From NCBI GenBank assembly GCA_963745035.1, contig CAVUVW010000014.1:224001-288000 (forward strand): a DNA stretch of 64,000 nucleotides. The letters are read 5' to 3'. Made by a program: the position numbers and the translations under genes. Positions 28,925 to 39,017 of the stretch are shown here, piece after piece. The notes below the pieces were generated by a model. The model was not told the DNA's origin, ran no database searches, and saw only the letters and a list, made by a program, of their open reading frames with translations. Origin of the DNA: an uncultured delta proteobacterium. GTDB lineage: Bacteria > Desulfobacterota > Binatia > UBA9968. Every line of letters starts with the position of its first letter. Position 1 is the stretch's first letter.

Positions 28925-29870
28925 GGCGTCCTCGCAAATGTTTGGGCAGGCTCCCGCCCGCGGCTAACTGGCTGCGCCGCTTGCGCAGGTCGGCGAAGCG
29001 CAAGATCGCGTCGACCAACTCGTCCTCGGTCGACAATTCGAGGGCGTCGACGCCGGCATCGCCGAAGGCCGAGCGCAGCTCGCGCTCGCGCTGCTCGGCC
29101 AAAGCCGCGAAGCGCTTGCGGAAGCCGCGATCGTGCGTATCGACGAACAATTGCTCGCCGGTTTCGGCGTCGCGCATCACCAGCAGTCCGAGATCGGGCA
29201 GGTCCATTTCCAATGGATCGTACAGGCGCACCGCGATCACTTCATGGCGCCGCGCCAAGTGGGCAAGAGTCTTGGTCCAGCCCGGCGCGCTGATGAAATC
29301 GGAGACCACGAATACGAGCGAGCGGCGCTGCATGACGCGAAAGGCCGTGCGCAGCAACTCGTCCAGCTTGGTCGCCGACGGGCGCGCGGACTCGGAACGT
29401 GAAACCATCCTGTGCAGGATGTGCAGGGCGTGGCGCCGGCCGCTGCGCGCCGGAATTACGGTATCGACCTTGTCGCCATAAAACAGCGCGCCGACCCGAT
29501 TGCCGTGCCGGGTGAGAAGCCGGGTGAGCACGGCGACGAACTCGACGGAGACCGCCCCCTTTTTTACCCGCGAGCCAAATTCCACCGAAGGACTCAAATC
29601 GAGCAGGAACCAGGCCGTCACTTCGCGGTCCTCGTTGTAGACGCGCACGTGAGGGGACTGGAGACGCGCGGTCACATTCCAATCGATGTAGCGGACATCG
29701 TCGTGATATTGATACTCGCGCAGATCGGCAAGGTCGAGCCCGAATCCGCGAAACAATGTTTGGTAGTTGCCGTGCAGCAAGCCATCGAGGCGCCGGATCA
29801 CGGTCCACTCGAGGCGCCGCAGGATGTTCTCCGCCGCGGCAGCGCGGGTCGTTGGTTGAGAAAAACTCAC
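28905..29870 (-). CDS. DUF58 protein
   Basis: LREYQYHDDVRYIDWNVTAR, LDLSPSV, VVSDF; GTG start at 29870 preferred over 29933, which lies in a repeat. Confidence 0.92.
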   Translation of the reverse strand: MSFSQPTTRAAAAENILRRLEWTVIRRLDGLLHGNYQTLFRGFGLDLADLREYQYHDDVRYIDWNVTARLQSPHVRVYNEDREVTAWFLLDLSPSVEFGSRVKKGAVSVEFVAVLTRLLTRHGNRVGALFYGDKVDTVIPARSGRRHALHILHRMVSRSESARPSATKLDELLRTAFRVMQRRSLVFVVSDFISAPGWTKTLAHLARRHEVIAVRLYDPLEMDLPDLGLLVMRDAETGEQLFVDTHDRGFRKRFAALAEQRERELRSAFGDAGVDALELSTEDELVDAILRFADLRKRRSQLAAGGSLPKHLRGRHEVSMA

Positions 29871-29910
29871 GGTCTCCGCCTCGCGGAAAATAATTGGACT
29901 GGATGAAGAC

Positions 29911-29953
29911 CCAACACTCGGGTGTTCCGGCACTCCAGCATTCCGATACTCCG
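29911..29953. repeat. Degenerate octamer tandem repeat (CCRNYACT)
   Basis: ccaacact cgggtgtt ccggcact ccagcatt ccgatact between moxR and DUF58. Confidence 0.55.
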
Positions 29954-29964
29954 TTACGATATCC

Positions 29965-30981
29965 CTACGAGCTGGCCGCGACTTTGATGTGGCTCTCCAG
30001 CGGCTTATCGGGGGCCGCGATGCGCTGCATGATGCGGCGGACCAGATCGTCCGGGGTTATGCCTTCGGCAAGCGCCTCGTAGGTGAGCACCAGCCGGTGG
30101 CGAAATACGTCCGGCACCAAGTCTTTGACATCTTCGGGCAAGACATAGGTGCGCCCGCGCAGGAACGCCAGCGCACGTGCTCCCTCGACCAGATGAATCG
30201 AGGCGCGGGGACTGGCGCCGAACGACAAATACTTGCCGACGTCGCTGACGCCAAAGCGCTCGGGGTCGCGGGTCGCAAAGGCCAGCCGGACGGCGTACTG
30301 CTTGAGCGCCGGATCGACGTAGCCGTTTTGACACTCGCGCTGGAGCGCGTTTAGCTGCTCGGTGGTGGCGATCGGCGCAAGCTCGTTGGGCGTGCCGGTC
30401 ACCCGGTCGACGATGACGAACTCTTCTTCTTCCGTCGGATAGCCGACCAGCACCTTCATCATGAAGCGATCGACCTGGGCCTCGGGCAGCGGATAGGTGC
30501 CTTCGGTCTCGATCGGATTCTGCGTCGCCATCACCAAAAACGGTTCGGGCACGCGATGGGTCTCGCCAGCGATCGTCACCTGGCGCTCCTGCATCACCTC
30601 GAGCAGCGCGCTCTGCACTTTGGCCGGCGCGCGGTTGATCTCGTCGGCGAGCAGCAGATTGGCGAAGACCGGTCCGAGCGAGGTGGCGAAGTCGCCGGTT
30701 TTCTGATTGTAGATGCGCGTGCCCACCAGATCGGCGGGCACCAGGTCGGGCGTGAACTGGATCCGCCGAAACGAGCCGCGAATGGTTCGCGCCAGGGTCT
30801 TGACGGTAAGGGTCTTGGCAAGCCCGGGTACGCCCTCGACGAGCAGATGACCCTGTGCCAGCACGGCGACGAGCACGCGCTCGAGGAAATGGTCCTGGCC
30901 GACGATCACCTTTTTCACCTCGTAGAGGATGCGCTCCATGAGCGCGGCAACTTCGCTGCGGTTGTTTTCGCGGTTGTCCAT
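29965..30981 (-). CDS. moxR: MoxR family AAA+ ATPase
   Basis: EGVPGLAKT, RIQFTPDLVPAD, DEINRAPAKVQSALLE, ATQNPIE.EGTYPLPEAQ.DRF. Confidence 0.96.
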   Translation of the reverse strand: MDNRENNRSEVAALMERILYEVKKVIVGQDHFLERVLVAVLAQGHLLVEGVPGLAKTLTVKTLARTIRGSFRRIQFTPDLVPADLVGTRIYNQKTGDFATSLGPVFANLLLADEINRAPAKVQSALLEVMQERQVTIAGETHRVPEPFLVMATQNPIETEGTYPLPEAQVDRFMMKVLVGYPTEEEEFVIVDRVTGTPNELAPIATTEQLNALQRECQNGYVDPALKQYAVRLAFATRDPERFGVSDVGKYLSFGASPRASIHLVEGARALAFLRGRTYVLPEDVKDLVPDVFRHRLVLTYEALAEGITPDDLVRRIMQRIAAPDKPLESHIKVAASS

Positions 30982-31087
30982 GAGAATGTTGGGGGCGTTA
31001 CGAAGCCCGGAACGGGGTCGCGCGCCTCGGTTCCGTTATTCGTGCCATGTCTCCTCTCTATCCTATCCGGTTTGATTTCGATCGCCG

Positions 31088-32026
31088 CTAGAAAGGCGGT
31101 ATTCCCGCAGCGGCGGCGGCATTTTCAATTGGCACGGCAAAACCGATGCCGACAAAGAATCGCTGGTCCGTCGGATTGAGAATCGCCGTGACGATGCCGA
31201 CTACTTCTCCCTGCGCGGTCACGAGCGGCCCGCCGGAGCTGCCCGGGTTTGCCGCGGCGTCGAACTGGATGAGGTTGGTCAGCAGGCGCTTGCCTTCCGG
31301 CGAGACAAACTCGCGGCGCAAACCGGACACGACCCCGGCCGTGACCGACGGGCCGATGCCGAACGGAAAACCGACGGCGACAACCCGATCGCCCAGCGCC
31401 AAGTCCCCCGTCGAGCGCATTGTCGCTGCGACCAAATCGTCAGGAATCTTCTGCGCCTGCAAGACCGCGAGATCGTGCTCCGGCTGTATGCCTGCGACCG
31501 TCGCGTCGGCTTCGAGTCCGTCGGCGAATACCACTTGCACGCGCTTGGCGCCGAGCACGACGTGGAGATTGGTGAGGATGATCCCCTTATCGACGATGAC
31601 CACGCCGGTGCCCACGCCTCTTTCGAGGTCGTCGCCGCCGGCTTTATCGGCTTCCAAACGGCGCACCCGAACGATGGACGGACGGATGACCTCATAGGCT
31701 TTCGCCGCGGGAGAAGGGAGCGCGTTGTTTTCCAGCGTATGAAGAACCGCGGCGCTGATGTCTTCCTGGGTGATTTCGCGCGATGAAGGCATAAGCGCGG
31801 CATGGGTAAGAACAACCAGCAAAGCCAGCAGACCGGCGGCGCCGACCCAGAGGAGCCGGTCGTAGCGCGCGGCAAAGTCGCGCCAGCGCGACCGGAGAGA
31901 AGGCCCGGCGGTTGTTCGGACCGCAGGCTCTGCCGTCGTCGGAGGGGAAATTTCGCGCCGTTCAGCCGAGCTTTGCGAACCCAGCGTCGACGAACGCCTG
32001 GAGCTGTAGAGGGTGATCTTTTTCAT
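31088..32026 (-). CDS. Membrane-anchored trypsin-like (S1C) serine protease without PDZ domain
   Basis: TM helix; LTNLHVV, HDLAVL, ANPGSSGGPL catalytic triad motifs. Confidence 0.9.
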   Translation of the reverse strand: MKKITLYSSRRSSTLGSQSSAERREISPPTTAEPAVRTTAGPSLRSRWRDFAARYDRLLWVGAAGLLALLVVLTHAALMPSSREITQEDISAAVLHTLENNALPSPAAKAYEVIRPSIVRVRRLEADKAGGDDLERGVGTGVVIVDKGIILTNLHVVLGAKRVQVVFADGLEADATVAGIQPEHDLAVLQAQKIPDDLVAATMRSTGDLALGDRVVAVGFPFGIGPSVTAGVVSGLRREFVSPEGKRLLTNLIQFDAAANPGSSGGPLVTAQGEVVGIVTAILNPTDQRFFVGIGFAVPIENAAAAAGIPPF

Positions 32027-32415
32027 CGTTGACCCGTTCCCTCGCTGCGGCCTCGATGCGAAACCGGCTACCGTTGATCAAAATCCAGGAACTGAATTCT
32101 TTCTATCGCAGGGCGATTGGAGATGAAAGACCCTTGTCGAAGTTGTTGCCGCCGACAGCGCCGGCGTTTCGCCTTCTTCAAGCGAATTTAACAGAAAACG
32201 GACGGTCGAGTCCCTCGTTTACGACGCGCGGTGTCAGCCTTGGCCGGAGGCGTCCGCGCCGAGGCACGTTCAGCCGCCGGAAGGCTTGAAGGCCGCGGCG
32301 GATCCCGTTAGTCTTTCGGTGAATTGAATCCCATGCCCCGCTTGTGGAAACGGCTCCGCGGGAAGATCTGGTGGAGGTTGAGAATTCCTTTTGTGTCATG
32401 GTGAGGAGTGCAGGC

Positions 32416-34884
32416 ATGCGTAAGTGGACCCTCGTCGGCGCCGCCATCGTGGTTGTCACGATCATCGTCGTGGCCGGCGTCGTGCTGAATATCAACTCGC
32501 TCATCGCGCGCAACAAAGATTACCTGATCGGCCAAGCGGAGCAGGCGCTAAACCGCAAGCTCAAAGTGGGCGAGGTGGAGGCGACTTTTTGGAGCGGTAT
32601 CGGCGTGCGCCTCAGCGATTTCGCCATGTCCGAAGACCCAGCCTTTGCCCCGGAAGATTTCGTTCGCGCCCGCGATCTGCAAGTCAATCTCAAGCTCTGG
32701 CCGTTGTTGCGAAGAGAAGTCGAGATCAAGAGGCTCATCCTGCATGATCCCGTCATCCGCGTGATCCGGAGCCGGACGGGAGACTTCAATTTTTCGACGA
32801 TCGGCAAGAAGCCTTCGGAAAAGCCGGGCGCGCGAGAAAAAAAGTCTGGAGCCAAAGAAAGTCCGGGAGCGTCGCCCGCGTTGCTGGTATCTTTGATCGA
32901 TATTTCCGGCGGCGATCTCCGCTACATCGATCGCGCCGACGGCACCGATTTGCAGCTCCGTCAAATCGATCTCAAAGTCGAAGACCTCGACTTCAACCGG
33001 CCGTTTGACGTCAAGCTTGCCGCGGCGATTTACGCCGACAAGCAGAATTTCAATCTCAGCGGCACGATCGGGGCGCTGCGCTCGGACGGAGATTGGACGC
33101 AGATTCCTCTCAACGGCGAGCTGAATATCGATTCTCTCGATCTCACGCGCTTGAAGACGGCGTCGCCCAAGCTGCGCAACGCGCTGCCGCGGGAATTCGA
33201 TCTTTCGGGAATTTTTCGCGCAAAAAGCCTGCGCTTCAAGGGCACCCTCAAAGATTTTGCCCTGAACGGCGATCTCGAAGGCACTCAGGGCGCAATCCGC
33301 TTCGGTCAAGGCTTTCACAAGCCCGCCGGGGTGCCGCTGACGTTGACGGCGGACGCGCGCTATAGCGGCAATAGGATCGCGATCCGCAAAAGCGCGCTCA
33401 AGCTTCATACCTTGGAGCTCGCGAGCGCCGGAGAGATCAATCTCGGCGACGCCGCTGCCCTTAATCTATCGATCGATTCCAAACCGGCGGCGCTGGAGGG
33501 CTGGGACAAGCTCGTCCCCGCCGTGGAGCGTTATCATCTGAAAGGAACCATGGAGATTCAGGCGACCGTGCGCGGCGCGGTCGGCACAGGCGCGGCGCCG
33601 CAGATGCAAGGCACGGTGACTTTAACCAACGCCAGCGCCCAGCCGCCGGATTTTCCCAAGCCGATCGAGAATCTCGACACCATCATTAAATTCGCCGGCC
33701 AGCGCGCCGAGATCCGCGACATGACGCTGACCTTGGGCCGATCGCGCATCCAGCTTGCGGCCGCCATCGAAAAGTTCGCGCCGCTCACGTTAACCTACAA
33801 GATGGCGACGTCGGAAATCTGGCCGGCGGACTACACCGCCGCGCTCAGCGAAGCGCGCAAGACCGATGTCATCCGCGACCTGCGGAGCGAAGGGCGATTC
33901 ACCGCGGCCGGCGCCAATATGGCGTACCAGGGAAAGCTCAGCTCCGCCGTGGGCTCGCTGTATAACGTCGGCTACAAGGACTTGGAGGCGTCGCTCACGC
34001 TGGCAGACAAAGTCGCCAATATCGAGCGCCTGCGCGTCAACGCATTGAGCGGTCAGATCCAGGCGCAGGGTCAATATGCGTTCAAAAATCCGACGCCAAG
34101 CTTCTCGGCCGCCACAAAGCTTCAGGGGATCGACGTGAAAGAGCTTTACAGCGCGCTTGACGCCAAGGCGGAGCGCGATATCCACGGCCGCATGAATGCG
34201 AATATGAAGCTCTCGGGCAGCGGCAAAACCTGGGAGGAGATCAAGCCCGCTCTGCGCGGCCAAGGCGACGCCGAGATCATTCAAGGCGTCATCTATAACT
34301 TCAACATTGCCGAAAACGCGCTCACCGGCATCACCGGCATTCCCGGCTTGACCAATCTCCTCAGCCCGTCGCTACGAAAAAAATATCCGGAAACCTTCAC
34401 CGCCAAAGACACCGAGTTCAAGGAGCTCAAGACCCAAGTCGACATCGCGGACGGCCGCATCAATCTGAAAAATATCCGCATGTCGGCCGCCGAGTTCGTC
34501 GTGGTCGGGAGCGGTTGGGCCGATTTCAACCGGCGCGTCGAAAGCCGCGCCACGCTGACTTTTTCGCAGCGGCTGTCCACCGATCTCGTCCACTCGGCGC
34601 GCGAGACCAAGTATTTGCTGAATAACCAGGGGCAGTTGGAAATGCCTTTTTCCGTCAGCGGTCAGATGCCCAACGTAAAAGCCCAACCCGATGCCAGTTA
34701 TCTCGGACAACTGGTGCAACGTAATTTCATGCGCCGCGGAGCCGAAGAGCTGCAAAACCGCTTGTTGGGACGGCCGGAGCGCGCCGACGAGAGCGCGATC
34801 GCGCCGGAAGATGAGAACAGAAAAAAGAAAAGGTCGACCGAAGATCGTATCCGCCGCGGCTTGGAAAATCTTTTCCGGCGTTGA
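32416..34884 (+). CDS. AsmA family protein
   Basis: N-terminal anchor, AEQALNRKLKVG, LWPLLRREVEIKRL.L..P, beta-rich body, C-terminal F..L......I.DG motif; GAGGAG RBS. Confidence 0.85.
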   Translation: MRKWTLVGAAIVVVTIIVVAGVVLNINSLIARNKDYLIGQAEQALNRKLKVGEVEATFWSGIGVRLSDFAMSEDPAFAPEDFVRARDLQVNLKLWPLLRREVEIKRLILHDPVIRVIRSRTGDFNFSTIGKKPSEKPGAREKKSGAKESPGASPALLVSLIDISGGDLRYIDRADGTDLQLRQIDLKVEDLDFNRPFDVKLAAAIYADKQNFNLSGTIGALRSDGDWTQIPLNGELNIDSLDLTRLKTASPKLRNALPREFDLSGIFRAKSLRFKGTLKDFALNGDLEGTQGAIRFGQGFHKPAGVPLTLTADARYSGNRIAIRKSALKLHTLELASAGEINLGDAAALNLSIDSKPAALEGWDKLVPAVERYHLKGTMEIQATVRGAVGTGAAPQMQGTVTLTNASAQPPDFPKPIENLDTIIKFAGQRAEIRDMTLTLGRSRIQLAAAIEKFAPLTLTYKMATSEIWPADYTAALSEARKTDVIRDLRSEGRFTAAGANMAYQGKLSSAVGSLYNVGYKDLEASLTLADKVANIERLRVNALSGQIQAQGQYAFKNPTPSFSAATKLQGIDVKELYSALDAKAERDIHGRMNANMKLSGSGKTWEEIKPALRGQGDAEIIQGVIYNFNIAENALTGITGIPGLTNLLSPSLRKKYPETFTAKDTEFKELKTQVDIADGRINLKNIRMSAAEFVVVGSGWADFNRRVESRATLTFSQRLSTDLVHSARETKYLLNNQGQLEMPFSVSGQMPNVKAQPDASYLGQLVQRNFMRRGAEELQNRLLGRPERADESAIAPEDENRKKKRSTEDRIRRGLENLFRR

Positions 34885-35160
34885 TTCATGATGCACCGCT
34901 GAGATTTTAGCGCATTTGTCCACGCTCGTCTCAGATCAACGAGCCCCACCATTATCAGCGCCGTCGCCGCATCCACTCCGATACTGCCACAGATTTGATA
35001 CGGGCCGACCACGAGGTGCTGTCGCGCATGCGAGACAGCGAATGAAGCGCGCCGAAACAATTCCAGACAGAAATGGCCGCTTCGCGGTGATTTTCGACGC
35101 GGAAGCGCATTTCGCTGCAGTAAAAATCGCTGTCTCGCCGCGACAAGTTGCAACGATTAC

Positions 35161-35175
35161 TGGCATGTATTTTGT
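35161..35175 (+). promoter_or_regulatory. Possible sigma54 promoter
   Basis: TGGCATGTATTTTGT (GG-N10-GT), with TGTC(G/T)C..G(A/C)GACA palindromes upstream near 35020 and 35131. Confidence 0.35.
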
Positions 35176-35251
35176 GTCTCGACACAATCGCGCGTTCGCT
35201 CTCCGGCGCGTGAGATCGCTCGGCGTCTTCCGCGCCGGCGCCCACACCAAA

Positions 35252-36082
35252 ATGAAGCCGCTTTTCTTTGTTTCTTTTGCAACCATGGGACTGATGCTGC
35301 TTTATCCCCACGCGAGCAGCACGGCCGAGCCGGGGAAACATACGGCGACGCGCGTGGGCCGAGCGCCCGCAGCGCCGGCGCAGCAAGGAAGAATGGCGGC
35401 CACGCGCATGATGCTTCTCGAGCGCAAGAGGGCCTTGCGCGAGCAACTGCAGAAGTCGATGCCGCTTCATGAGGAAAAAATACGGAATCAGAACGACGAT
35501 TATGAAATGAAAAGAGAAATGTATGAGAAGAATTTGATTTCGAAAAATGATGTCGACCGCAGCGAGCAAGCTCTCGCGGGCGCGCAGCTCGATGCAGGAA
35601 AAATCCGCGAGTGGATCGCCGAGGACGACCGCGCCCTGGCGCTCACCGCCGAAGCCGCCGAGGAATCGAAGGGACTACGGCAGGGGCCGAAAGCGGATTT
35701 GGCGAGAGCCGCGCTCATCCGCTTCGATGGGGCATCGAGCTGGTCCATACACGCCTTCGAGAAGATCGAAAGCTTTTTTCGCCGCCAGTTTGGCAAGCCG
35801 CCGCCGGTCAGTGCCATGGGTCAATCGGACACGCACGATCGCTTGGGCCTCGATCACCGTGACGCCGTCGACATCGCGGTGCGCCCGGACAGCGCGGAAG
35901 GGCGCGCATTGATGGCGTATTTACGACGGGCAGGAATCCCGTTCACCGCTTTTCGCGGCAGGCTGTCGAGCATATCCACCGGCGCGCATATCCACGTCGG
36001 CCGGCCTTCACCGCGCCTGCTCGAGGTGAAGCAGCAGCGGGAATCCGCGCAGGAGAGAAACGAGAACGGAGAGCACGGTTAG
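35252..36082 (+). CDS. Secreted coiled-coil protein with putative LAS-type Zn peptidase C-domain
   Basis: Signal peptide, heptad region, then DHRDAVDI and GAHIHVG. Confidence 0.65.
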   Translation: MKPLFFVSFATMGLMLLYPHASSTAEPGKHTATRVGRAPAAPAQQGRMAATRMMLLERKRALREQLQKSMPLHEEKIRNQNDDYEMKREMYEKNLISKNDVDRSEQALAGAQLDAGKIREWIAEDDRALALTAEAAEESKGLRQGPKADLARAALIRFDGASSWSIHAFEKIESFFRRQFGKPPPVSAMGQSDTHDRLGLDHRDAVDIAVRPDSAEGRALMAYLRRAGIPFTAFRGRLSSISTGAHIHVGRPSPRLLEVKQQRESAQERNENGEHG

Positions 36083-36152
36083 CTGCGCGCGACCGTCGCG
36101 CCGCCCTTGATCTCGCCGCGCATATTTAAGCGCAGACCTTCCCGGCGAAGCG

Positions 36153-36653
36153 TCACAGCGCCTTGTAAGCCAGCCGTTTCATTTTCTGGGTATTTTTGCC
36201 TTCAATGCGCAGCAGTCCTGTGGCGGCGACTCTTTTGGGCGAGTGCACGTCGCCTTCGTTATAGATGTGCGCCATGCCGGGTTTCAGAGTGTAGACTTTG
36301 GCGCGGCGCACTTTCCCCGGATTTGCTTCGGCAGCCGGCTGGACGATTTCCCAGTCGCTCATCTCGGTCTCGCCGAATGCCTGGCCGTAGATCGCCCAGG
36401 AGGCGCCGTGATCGTGCGGATTGGCTTCCCGGGCATCGCGGTTGACGTGGGCGCAGACACAAAAGCCCAGTTCGGGGTCTTCATAGATCACTTGGCGGTC
36501 GGGAGTATTGTCGTTGACGTAGGCGTTGATAAACTTCTCGTCCTTGAGCGCCTCCTCGACCAAGGCGCGCACTTTTTCGCGGCCGGCGCGACTCGGGTCG
36601 TGCCGGAGAATATCGCGAACGTCCGAAGCGAAAGTATCGAGCGTAAAATTCAT
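36153..36653 (-). CDS. Cysteine dioxygenase-like cupin
   Basis: PHDHGASWAIYGQ..G and DVHSP (3-His cupin). Confidence 0.8.
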   Translation of the reverse strand: MNFTLDTFASDVRDILRHDPSRAGREKVRALVEEALKDEKFINAYVNDNTPDRQVIYEDPELGFCVCAHVNRDAREANPHDHGASWAIYGQAFGETEMSDWEIVQPAAEANPGKVRRAKVYTLKPGMAHIYNEGDVHSPKRVAATGLLRIEGKNTQKMKRLAYKAL

Positions 36654-36703
36654 AAGTTCCTCCGTGCCGCTGCCAATAGATTTGAACTATGCAATGTGAT
36701 CGG

Positions 36704-37342
36704 CTATTTCGCCGGCCATAGCGCGGCGACCTCCGCAGCAGTGGCGATGTCGAAGTGAGTCTGCTCCATCAACTTTAGAGCCAGCTCGTGCAATTCGCGG
36801 CTGCGCGAGCCGACGCAGTCGCGCAGCACGACGACGTCGTAGCCGAGATTGCGCGCGCTCCGGGCGGTGCCCTCGACCCCGCCTTCAGTGGCGACGCCGC
36901 CGATGAGGATCGTACGCACGCCGTTGCTGCGCAGCATGAGATCGAAGTCGGTGCCGACAAAGCCGTCGGGACGGCGCTTTTGAAACACGATGTCCTGCGC
37001 TTGGGGCTCAAGCTCCGCGACGATCTCGCGGCCGTGAGGATCTTCTTTTTCGGCGAGCAAGGCGCTCGGATTCGCCGCCTTGGCCCGCTTCATGCGCACG
37101 CGCACCCAGACGCCGGCTTCTTCTTTGCGTAAATCGAAAGCGGTTTGCACGGAATAGAAAACCGGCACGCCGCCGGCGCGGGCGCGCGCCGCCAGCATTT
37201 TCAAGTTGGCCAGGATGTCTTTGTAGTTGAAGGCGTTGGGCGCGATGGCGTTTTCCATGTCCCAGAGCAACAGGGCCGCATGTTTGGCGTCGGCCAGCTC
37301 GGCCAAATTTTCCGGAATGCGTTTGCCGTGAAATTCGAACAT
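36704..37342 (-). CDS. Isochorismatase family hydrolase lacking catalytic Cys
   Basis: ALLLWDMEN, QKRRPDGF.GT, GVATEGGVEGTAR; GGAGG RBS. Confidence 0.85.
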   Translation of the reverse strand: MFEFHGKRIPENLAELADAKHAALLLWDMENAIAPNAFNYKDILANLKMLAARARAGGVPVFYSVQTAFDLRKEEAGVWVRVRMKRAKAANPSALLAEKEDPHGREIVAELEPQAQDIVFQKRRPDGFVGTDFDLMLRSNGVRTILIGGVATEGGVEGTARSARNLGYDVVVLRDCVGSRSRELHELALKLMEQTHFDIATAAEVAALWPAK

Positions 37343-37527
37343 GGGTTCACCCTCCGTCCACGCGCTCTGCCCGGAGCATACTCGCAGAAAAGCGCCAGCG
37401 TCAATGGGTCGTCCCGTCCGGCGCAGACGCACAGGTGCGGTGCATTTGTTCGCAGTGGGGTGCGTGATGATATTGACAACCGGACAAAAGCGGCGATGCT
37501 ACAGAAAAGCTTTGGACCGAGGTAAAC

Positions 37528-37691
37528 ATGGACAGCACGGTTACCGAAATCGCGCAGACGTTTATCGCATCTCGACGTTTCACGCCGGCTTCGGCATACA
37601 ATTCAATCAGTTTCTGATCAACGCCCACGACGGCGCGGCGGTGATCGAGAATCTGGCGCGCTTTCTCGAGAACTCTCGGCGGCGCCGATAG
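37528..37691 (+). pseudogene. Remnant of MBL-fold (FprA/ODP-like) gene
   Basis: MDSTVTEIA(P)DVYRISTFHAGFGIQFNQFLI resembles that family's N-terminus, followed directly by DGAAVIENLA and stop; one indel near 37554. Confidence 0.55.
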
Positions 37692-37710
37692 TATTCTCTG
37701 CGGATTCGCG

Positions 37711-38301
37711 ATGAAGCTGGTGGTTAAGAAGTACTCGGCGGATTGTTTGGACGATTGCGTGGCGCTTTTAGCCGACGCGTTCGCGACCAATCCGCTTCAT
37801 CTGTCGGCATTCGGACCCGAGCGCCTCGATCAGAATCGCGCGTTCTTTCGCATCGGCCTGCGGCGCATGTTCGTCGGCCAAAGCTTCATGGCGCTGCGCG
37901 ACGGCATGGTGTGCGGGTACGTGCATTTCAATCCGTCGCCCCATTGTCTCCCGGCGCCGGAAGAGGTCCCGACCGTGGTGGCGACGCTGCTCACCCCGTT
38001 GGGTGAGGCGGTGCCGCAGGTGATTCGCTGGTTCGCGCGCTGGTGCCGGCTCGACCCCGAAGATCCGCACCTGCACCTCGGGCCGATCGGCGTGGCGCCG
38101 GCGCTGCAGGGACATGGCATCGGCACCGCGTTGATGCAGCGCTACCTCGAACAGCTCGAACGGGAAAAAACCGCCGGCTATCTCGAAACCGATCGGCCCG
38201 AGAACGTCGAATTTTACAAAAAATTCGGCTTTGCCGTCCGCCGGGTCGAGGAACTGATCGGCACGACCACCTGGTACATGTGGCGCCCCGCGCAGCGCTA
38301 A
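37711..38301 (+). CDS. GNAT N-acetyltransferase
   Basis: LGPIGVAPALQGHGIGTALM, YLET...NVEFYKKFGF. Confidence 0.92.
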   Translation: MKLVVKKYSADCLDDCVALLADAFATNPLHLSAFGPERLDQNRAFFRIGLRRMFVGQSFMALRDGMVCGYVHFNPSPHCLPAPEEVPTVVATLLTPLGEAVPQVIRWFARWCRLDPEDPHLHLGPIGVAPALQGHGIGTALMQRYLEQLEREKTAGYLETDRPENVEFYKKFGFAVRRVEELIGTTTWYMWRPAQR

Positions 38302-38335
38302 GCCTCGACCATCTCGCCGGAAGCGACACCGTCTT

Positions 38336-38776
38336 TCAATGCAGCGGATTCCCGCCGCTTTCGACGACCAAGACTTTGACCTGGAAGTCCAAAGTCTTGC
38401 CGGCGAGAGGGTGATTGAAGTCGAGCACGACGGTATCGTGCTTTACCTCGTGGACATGGATCAACAGATCTTCTCCCTGCGGCCCGCGGGCGCTGAGCGG
38501 CGTGCCCACTTGCGGGTCGCTTACCGGGAGATCGGTCTTGGGAACTTCTTTGAAGCCCTTCGGATCGACTTTCCCATAGCCATCCTCCGGTCGGACTCGA
38601 ATGGTTTTTTCCTCGTTGACGGCCATGTCCGCCATGCCCTTTTCTAGTCCCGCGATAATTTCGTGCTGTCCGTGCGTGTACGTGACCGGCTCCTTGCCTT
38701 TGTTCGATTGCAGCGTTTCGCCGCTCTCATCGGATACGGTGTATTCAAAATGGACCACAGATCCTTTGGCGATCAT
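38336..38776 (-). CDS. FKBP-type peptidyl-prolyl isomerase (SlyD/SlpA-like, no His-rich tail)
   Basis: V..EYTV, G...II.GLE, PEDGYG, LDFNHPLAGKTL.F.V.V. Confidence 0.92.
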   Translation of the reverse strand: MIAKGSVVHFEYTVSDESGETLQSNKGKEPVTYTHGQHEIIAGLEKGMADMAVNEEKTIRVRPEDGYGKVDPKGFKEVPKTDLPVSDPQVGTPLSARGPQGEDLLIHVHEVKHDTVVLDFNHPLAGKTLDFQVKVLVVESGGNPLH

Positions 38777-39017
38777 TTTATTTTCCTCCTATGATTCTTG
38801 ATTCGGAGAACAGGGACAAAGTCAGGCGAGGCGCAGCGCGCAGCGTTTTCTGCTTTCAGTGTATACCCGGAAAAATCCGACTCAACCGCCGGGCGCAATT
38901 TTTTTGAATTTCTGCAACATTCGTGGCGCGCTTCCGTGCGGCATTCTCGCCGGAGATTTGGTAACTCGACTGAAATGAGCGGAAGTGTGTAAGTGATGCG
39001 AGCGGCGCGGCTCAAAG

